DNA of 57,201 nt, counting the filler, from Sphacelaria rigidula (lineage: Eukaryota): NCBI GenBank assembly GCA_964200075.2. It is 7 parts of 7 records of this genome, joined end to end, with 100 filler letters (N's around TTAATTAATTAA, not from the genome) between each part and the next. Parts side by side here need not be neighbours in the genome. Positions count along the whole stretch, not along the records: positions 49,117 to 57,201 come from CAXNAA020012358.1; 6 more parts are not named here. One strand, given 5' to 3'. Numbering within the stretch: position 1 is the stretch's first letter; each line of letters starts with the position of its first letter. The position numbers and the translations under genes were made by a program. This document shows positions 49,480-57,201 of this stretch, piece by piece. The notes below the pieces were generated by a model that had not been told where the DNA came from, made no database searches, and saw nothing but the letters and a program-made list of their open reading frames with translations.

Positions 49480-52400
49480 AAAAATTAAATGTGCACCCGG
49501 GATGCACCATCGAAATTGATGCGCACCCTGGGATAATGGCAAAACTACGTGTGGCTAGTCAGTGCCGCATGACCACCGCCCCAATCGTGGTGAATTGGGA
49601 CACACTTTCAATCGGAGCCAGCACAACCAATGCAGAGTACAGTGGTACAAAAACATGATTCGCGCTCTTTCTACAGTAGTGTTGCGCCAAAAGAAGAAAA
49701 AGTCAAATATACGCCGATTTTCGCATACAAGTTATTTTATAAATCACCAGCTTGGATCATCTGCAAAGTCGGTGTAGTTCACACGAGGGAGGTGCCCCAA
49801 AGGGACGATCTACGGCCCAACACACGGCATATCTGAAAAGCTATGTTCACGGCTGGATCGTCGGCACAACTGGCAGGCTGAGAACGTGATAATATCACGC
49901 GTTCGGTGGTGTGCATGTTATCGCTCGGTTCGGGTGCATTGCGGGCCCCTTTGTACGACAATAGGTGGCGACCACGCTTGGTGTTACCAGCGCATCACCG
50001 CGCCCAGGGTGTTGTATATGAAGTTTTCAATCCGCTTGAAAAAGAAGCATCTCAATTACTTCTGTCGCACCGGAGAACGGCACAATCGTTTGCATGCATG
50101 TCTGGCGGCGCAGCTGCAGAACTGATGGGTTTGAAATTTGAAAACTCCGTAATTACCACTATATAAAGTGCAATATAATACGCTGATGCAATGATGGTCT
50201 ATAGACAGTACCCGTACCGTAATACTACGTAACCGCATATGATATGCAGCGTATTTAGGGCGTAACCGCATCTCATGTTTATCTGAGTACTTTCTTACGG
50301 TAAACCACCATTTTTCAGTGCAACTTGAGCTGTGGATTACTCGCCTGTGACTGCGTGTTCCATCATAAAACTTTGCACACTAGTTGGGCACAACACAGAC
50401 AGCATATACCCGTAGTATCCGTGCGATTGGGCCGGGGAACACCGTACAACATGGCCCCAACCGATCGTGGGAAATGCCGTCCATGCGCTCTCAAATCGGC
50501 CATGCAGCTGCCCAGACTTTGCGCATTACAGATGAATGCATATGTGCACGCGCAGATGCACAAACTTGGACATTTAGCACGGCTGGGCGGCCGATGTTGT
50601 AGAAAACTGAAACCGGTCTGTACTATGACCCTCTCTGGATCATGACCATCTGTAGTGTACCGATCGGCATACAGTCTGTAGAGCTGCGCAGTTCATGACG
50701 CACGGTCCTACACGCGCTGTAGCCGCTGCGAGGCGCTGTAACTTCCCTCATATGTTATGCGAACCACAGTCAACAGCTCCGCGTCGCTATACCTGGAATG
50801 GTGCGCTACAGGAGTGCGCACTAGAGGGAAAAGTAGTCAGATTTCTGTTTCGATTTTTTTTTTTGGCGAAACACTGTCTAATCTCTGACTACTCGTCGCG
50901 TGGTCGACTTCCTTTTGTCTGTGCGCGACTTCCCGCTGCAAGCTCGAAAATACAAAAAATACATGTGTTTATTTGATTATTTCAAGGCTGAAAATTCTAT
51001 CCTCGCTGGCTCGCGTGCCCCCCATCTATGTATTATGCACACCGGAAAATTATACGAAGGGAAAAGAGCTGCCGCTTTGTGTACCCAGAGAAACAGAAAA
51101 CCCAAGGTAAAGAGCGTGGCGTGTACCGGAACAGGCAACATCACGGCGACTACATTATGTTATTTTGTTTGTTAGTCGTGTGGAGTCTATCGGTACCGCC
51201 ATGTGCGCCGTGCCGTCTTTATAGCAGGAAAAGTGATGAGCTATGGACAGGAGGGTGCACATGTCAACGTAGGTACACGTAAGCTCAAAAACACAGAGGA
51301 CTTTACAGTGTTGTACACACAGTACAGTGCAGTGTCATCTTCTCCTCTTCCCCCCTCCTGCTACGTTGCTCGCGTTCTATGGGTATCACTGAAGGATCAC
51401 ATTCCGCCAAACCTCCGGAGAGCCTGACCCCTTTCTGCCGCCAGCTGTTGAAGTCAACCCCTCCACCGCCAGGGTGGGCACTTCTGAAGTGAAATTATGT
51501 CGAAGAAACGGAGGACCCACCCTTGGGGTGACATACGTTCTCCATATTCTTTCAAACAGCGGACGGATGCTGTAGAGATGGCACGGTGCACATGGCGGTA
51601 CCGATAGACTCAGCACAATTAACAAACAAAAGCACACGATATAGTCGCCATGACGTTGCCTGTTCCGGTACACGCCACACTCTCTACCTTGGGTTTTCTG
51701 TGCCTCTCTGAGTACACAAAGCGGCAGCTCTTTTTCCTTAATACTTTGTCGGCGTGCATCATACACGGATGGGAAGTAAGCGGGCATAGAATTTCGAGCT
51801 TTGAAATAATCAAGCCGCTCCTTATAGCAACCAATAATGAAGTCCTGTAACAATCCTTTCTTGGTTCTTCGTCGTTTCACGTCCCAAAAGAGAGCTAGGC
51901 GGAGTTTGACACCTTGGAATTGGTTGTTTTACTCGTTGAGACTGTTTCCGGACACCTTTGCGTTGTCCGGTGGCCGCAGTTTTTATTCTGGCCAAACCTT
52001 AAAATTTTTGTCCAACACCTGTCAAGAACGGTCAAATCTTGAAAAATCTGCCATTTTCTCTGGACTTTACTGTCTCTGGACAAAAACGCGATTTGAGCCA
52101 AAATGAAAACTGCGGCCATCGGAAAGCGTGAACCCATCCTGGAACCGCCTGAACGAGTACAGCAAGTCATTCCCAGGGGCCAAACTCCGCCTAGCTCTCT
52201 TTTCAGGATGTAAAATGACGAAGAAGGACCCAAAAAGCGTTTTCGCAGGGTTTTTTTGTCTGTTTGCTGTAAGAAGCGGCCTCAAACACAGACCATTTTC
52301 TTATTTTCGAGCTGGCAGTGGGAAGTCACGCAGACTCGACCACGCGACGAGTAGTGAGCAATGAGAGAGTTGGACGTCATATTCCTGTTGTACGACTGAA

Positions 52401-52545
52401 CTCTGCGTTGGTTGTGCTGGCTCCGATTGAAAGTGTGATCCAAGTCACCACGGTCGGGGTGGTCATGCGGCACTCACCAGCCGCGCGTGTTTTTCTCGTC
52501 ATCCCAGGGTGCTGATGGTGCGCCCGGGTGCACATGTAATCTTCC
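49480..52545. repeat. Large nested imperfect inverted repeat (foldback-like)
   Basis: Inverted pairs: ~49490-49660 with ~52375-52535, ~50885-50960 with ~52295-52357, and ~50975-51225 with ~51568-51810. Confidence 0.75.
51855..52230. mobile_element. MITE-like element with ~135-bp inverted arms
   Basis: ttcttcgtcgtttcac...aagagagctaggcggagtttg...ggccgcagtttt is inverted as aaaactgcggcc...caaactccgcctagctctctttt...gtaaaatgacgaagaa. Confidence 0.75.
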
Positions 52546-52896
52546 CGGGCAACACGCTACACTACACTTCGTACCTGTAGAGTGATGGGAGTATCGGACG
52601 AAGCCACCCCACCCCGCCCACAACTTTTTTGTCTTCTGTTTTTGCGCATCTCACATGGTTGTAGATGATTATTTTTTTCCCCCTCTGCAAACCACAGGCA
52701 TCTGTGAGTGATCATGCGTCGGACCCGAGGCATGAGAGAGGGGACAGTACCGGAGGGGTCAAGTGTACAATCCTTTTTCTCTATGATGATATCGTAGGTT
52801 ATCCCGCTACGACCGCAAATCAGCCTACTGAAGTTCACGTATGCCGCGACGGTCCAAGTTAAATGTCACAAACTGAAAGCCATCAGGTCGGAAGCA

Positions 52897-53233
52897 TGTG
52901 TGTGTTGTGTTTGTTGTCGTCCCATCTATTCTGGACGCGGTTTTACACCTTCCGGGATATGTGGGCGCACCAGCCGGGGGTCACACGGGAGTTTTTTCTT
53001 TTTTGTTTGATTCAGTTCTCCACCTTCCTTCTGCGGTGCTTGACTTCATTTATTTTCGCGAGAGAAGTTCATCAGTCCCTTTCCCTCGTCGACCATCAAG
53101 TCGAATTCTGTAAACCCACCATATGGTCGCTCTACACTGTTTGGTAGTGTGTGAGGAAAAATCCCAGATCGCTCCGAGATTCGAACCCACGGCCCAACCG
53201 TCAGAAGGTTTCGAGGTTACCGACTGAGCCATC
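52897..53233 (-). mobile_element. tRNA-derived SINE, near full-length copy
   Basis: Minus-strand head GATGGCTCAGTCGGTAACCTCGAAACCTTCTGACGGTTGGGCCGTGGGTTCGAATCTCGGA has an A-box (TGGCTCAGTCGG) and B-box (GGTTCGAATC), followed by the shared body and a CA-rich tail. Confidence 0.88.
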
Positions 53234-53519
53234 TGAGTTCGATTTTCCATCGTTGAAGACATAGAGGTGGACGCTCGCTGTGGTGACAAAATGAAGGGAA
53301 AGTTTGTTCGACTACAGTCGACGCAGTGCGAGAGGGCTCATTCGATCAACCCGCGTTACATGGTACCCGAAAAAACGCAAGACTTGTGCCGGGGAATATA
53401 TGGGTTAATCCGTTTTGAGACCATGCACTCGTCTCAAGGGATGGGAGAGGTTAAAAGCGTCACGGAGAAGGAACCCAAAATGAACCACGTAATTGTCGAA
53501 TTATACTAAACAGTCAGCA

Positions 53520-56500
53520 CCATCGTCTTCCTTCCCCTCCCCGACCGCCACCCGTCTAGGGTTGGTTGTGTCGGGGTAGGCTGACCCCGTCGACAACACA
53601 ACCAGTAAGTAAGGGAGGTTGAGTTGACCTACTGGCTTGTCTGCGTGTCGTGTCAGTGGTAACACAACATACAGTCTAGGTAGTGGGTCATGTAGACAGT
53701 GCCAACATCCAGGCTCAATGCTGCAGCTGTAGCGTTTTACCCGGCGTTGAGACACTGTCACGGAAAGCACGTTGATGTTGATGGGGCACGTGTGAGTAAG
53801 TATCAGATTCGGCGGACTGGAGACACCGGCCGACGCGGGATGGGAAGACTGCACCCTTCTCGCGAAACCAACAAGCAAGGCTAGTACCGTGATAGACGTG
53901 CCGAAACAAAATCGGAACAGAAACAACAGCTCGCTCGTGAAACTAGAAGGCGCAACAGACCAAAAAGGAGAGCAGAACAAAGAGGAAGACGCGTGAACAT
54001 AGAGAAGGCTGAAGCTAGGACACGTAGTAGGGAGCTCAAAGTGGCCACCTATAACATCCCGTACACTGTCCCTCACGGGAAAGAACGGAGCGGGTCATGC
54101 TGAGGTGGTCCTGAAGAAATGTCAGGCAGTCGGATGTGATGTCATCGGGCTACAGGAAACGAGGAGACCAGCTAGGTCCGAATTTTTTGCGGCGGGATAC
54201 CGCGTTTTTTGTTGCGGGGCAAAAGGGGGCAAGGGAAGGACTGGTCAACATGGGGTTGGGTTGGCAGTCTAGGAGTCGATCATCAGCAAGGCGACGTGGA
54301 CTCAGGCACTCATCAGCGAACGCCTCATGTCGGTGACCTTCAACCTAGCGGGTAAATCAAATGCTGCCACGTTTGTCGTTGCATACGCCCCGACAGACAC
54401 TCCATAGTCAAGAGAAGGGACAGATGTGTTATGGGCTGAGATTACACGGCATTGTGAGCGGTATCCCCCACAAGCATCACCTGTTTATTGTAATGGACGC
54501 TAACGCGAGGACTGGACGACGAACAGGCGAGGAGGAGCGTAAAATTGTAGGAGCTTACGGTCGAGATTCCCAATCTAACGACGGTAACGGCAATTCTCCA
54601 GTACAATTTGCAGGCGACAACAAGCTTTCGCTGGTCAACACGTTATTTCCTACCCCCAAGGGAAACACCTCGCGCACGTTCAACGGTGTTGCAAATCGTC
54701 CCGCGGATAGAAAACGCATTGACTACATCATCACACGGCAAGATCACCGCAGGCTCGTTTGCAATGTCGCCGTCCACCTTCAACCCCCCAATTCGCCGGA
54801 CTCTGACCACAACATCGTGTGCGCCTCAGTACGGCTCCTTGGTCGTTTGACCCGAAAGCCACGTATACCGGGATGGTTCGAGCATGCTGAAATCAAAGCG
54901 GAATTCGAAATCGCTTGGATGGAGGGAGAAAGGGCGAGATCGACGGTGAGACTGGGGTCGTCTCGAGATGAACTCGCATGGCGCACATTGTGAACAGCAT
55001 GCACAAAAAAAAAAAAGTATCCAAGCTGGGGATGACAAATATATGGATGTGTATGCTAAAGAACTAGGGGAGCCTGCCCGAGCGGGGGACATGAGAGGAT
55101 GGTACAGACATTTCAAGGGAGGGTGCAGACTGTCTGGACGACCAATCGAGAGTGAACAATACATTCGAGATGAGGACGGCAATTCACTGCAGGACAGAGA
55201 TTTGATCAGTGGGAGATGGGAACGTTACTTTTCTACATTGCTGAACGCCATATCGGCAACTATCGACCGCACCATCATCGAGAAGATTGCTCAACGACCA
55301 GTAGCGTTGTCACTAGAAGACCCACCAAGCCTAAGTGAAACTGTTGAGGCTCTGAAAGCTATGTCGAACAGCAAAGCAACCGGTCCGGATGGTATTCCTG
55401 CTGAAATCCTGAAGCTTGGACTCAACGGGGAGGCGTCGGACATTTTGTACCACTTCCACGACATCGTCTCTGCGGTCTCGACAACTGGCGAGGTGCCGCA
55501 AGAATGCAAAGATGTCACCATCAAAGTGCTACACGAAAAAACAAGATGGGACCCAGTGTAGTAACTACAGAGGCATTTCACGTGTGGCACATACTGCTAA
55601 AGTTCTCCTCAAAATCGTAGCCAACAGGCTCGGTGATTTTTGTGAGGAAACAGATGTCTTCCCGGAAGAGCAGTGTGGATTTAGGCGCCAAAGATCGACC
55701 ATAGACATGATGTTCGTAGTACGCCGACTCCAGGAGTTGGGACAGGCGAGCAACATCCCAAAAAACATATGCTATATCGATCTGCAGAAAGCCTACGATT
55801 CTGTAGACCGCACGCTCCTGTGGGAAGTGCTTGCTCGGTTCGAAGTCCCGTCGCGAATGATCAAGATCATCCGTATGTTTCACGACGGCATGCGAGCTCG
55901 AGTACAGCTAAATAGTGGCGAACTATCAGCGTAGTTCGACGTCTGCCAGGGACTCAGACAAGACTGCGTTTCGTGTCCGCTGTGGTTCAACATCTTCGGA
56001 GCAGGGTTGGTGGAAGTGATCGTCCAACGGTTTGCGGCGGACCCACTCATCGTCTCAGAATTGATCTTTCTAGATGATGCGCCACAAGTTGTCGGTGGTG
56101 AACCCGTGGAAGACATACCACTGGAAAAGGTGCGACGCGCGGTGTGGGCAATGCTTTATGCGGACGACGCCGGCATAGCCTCGAAGACCTCAGAAGACCT
56201 TGCTCGAATGATGGCCGTGATGGTGATGACCTGCCAGGAATTTCGCCTGATGATCTCCGAGACCAAGACAGAGTTCATGCGCCTTTGGTCAGTACCCAGT
56301 TCCACGGAGGCCACCCTGGATATCAGAGCTGCCGGTCAAAGGTATAAGCATACGGGGAAGATCATCTACCTTGGTGGAGCTATCAGCGCAGATGCGAAAA
56401 TGTCCACCGAAACCAACCGCCGTATCAGCGCGGCGTGGGCACGTATCCGAAAATATAGCTCCAAACTCCACGACCGACCCAACGCCGAGCTATCCTTGAA

Positions 56501-57201
56501 AGTTCGACTGCTTAAAGCGGAGGTGGTGGAAGCTCTGTTGTATGGGTGTGCCACATGGACGCCACGTTCTGAGGACTTCGACAGTCTGCGCACTGTCTAT
56601 CACAAGCTCTTGCTGCGAGTGGTTGGATTCCGCAGGAACGATCAAAATGGCTACAAGATTATTTCGTACAGAGCGGTGCTCGAGATGACCAACTGTGAAC
56701 GTATCGAGACGACTATCCGCAAACGTCAACTCTGCTTCGCGGGAGCCCTTGTCCGGCAGAAGGACACACGCCTTCCCAAGCGTGTCATGAACGGTCGGCT
56801 TTCCACATGAGGACCCAAGGAGGGCGGCCGCCCCCCCAAGCAATGGGAGGATACCCTAAAGGAGAACCTACGTGCGCTAGGGGCTGTCCCGCACAAAGGA
56901 GCCCGACGAAAGTGGTTCGTCGACGGTGTAGAGGTCAACGATGCATACGATTGGGTCACTGCGGCGAAGGACCTGGGCAAATGGCGTATTGGAGTCGAAA
57001 AGGGAGCGGGAGATTTTGAGGACACGTGGCGACGCGCGGACAAGCGATAATCAGACCGACGTCACAAGCAAGAGGCTGCTACATCGAGGGCTGCCAATCG
57101 AAAAATCCTGTCCTTTCATATCGGTTGTTGATTATGTCCTTAGTCGGTGGCTCTGCGGTGCCCACTGGTGTGTACCTGTATCTACTCTGCTGCCATGAAT
57201 C
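53520..57201 (+). mobile_element. RTE-clade non-LTR retrotransposon (APE endonuclease plus reverse transcriptase), inactivated
   Basis: Endonuclease motifs LKVATYNI, DVIGLQETRR, VAYAPT, MDANARTG, RIDYII and DSDHNIV (~54030-54840). RT motifs KATGPDGIPAEILK, NYRGIS, EEQCGFRRQRSTIDMMF, YIDLQKAYDSV, QGLRQ and LYADD (~55370-56170). RTE-type C-terminus (ALLYGCATW...RLPKRVM). Several frameshifts and stops. The 5' boundary is approximate. Confidence 0.95.

Noticed and set aside
53173..53233. tRNA gene
   Set aside because: It has A and B boxes but no convincing acceptor stem, and it is attached to the same repeated body in several copies, so it is a SINE head.

Overview
Eukaryotic, repeat-rich, intron-containing genomic DNA, most consistent with a brown alga (stramenopile); this assignment is an inference from repeat families and gene style. 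The window is not one locus. It is seven unrelated contigs (8087, 8087, 8086, 8086, 8085, 8085, 8085 bp), sorted by length and joined by artificial 100-bp spacers (44N-TTAATTAATTAA-44N), so adjacency across spacers means nothing. Host-gene pieces: a fimbrin/plastin-type calponin-homology gene fragment followed by two cleanly spliceable but degenerate glutamate synthase exons (contig 2), and the first coding exon of proteasome subunit RPN11 divergently paired with the 5' exons (acidic N-terminus plus HSA domain) of a SWR1/PIE1-type chromatin remodeller (contig 4). Contig 5 holds a decayed, intron-containing Cys/His-rich gene. The rest is mostly mobile DNA: a Ty1/copia fragment, two Ty3/gypsy relics with related gag proteins, an RTE-clade LINE with truncated 3' copies, five copies of a tRNA-derived SINE, arrays of a ~100-bp piggyBac-like MITE, other MITEs, a ~3-kb nested foldback and minisatellites. 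No CRISPR, rRNA or intact tRNA gene was seen, and I found no convincing new multi-gene system.
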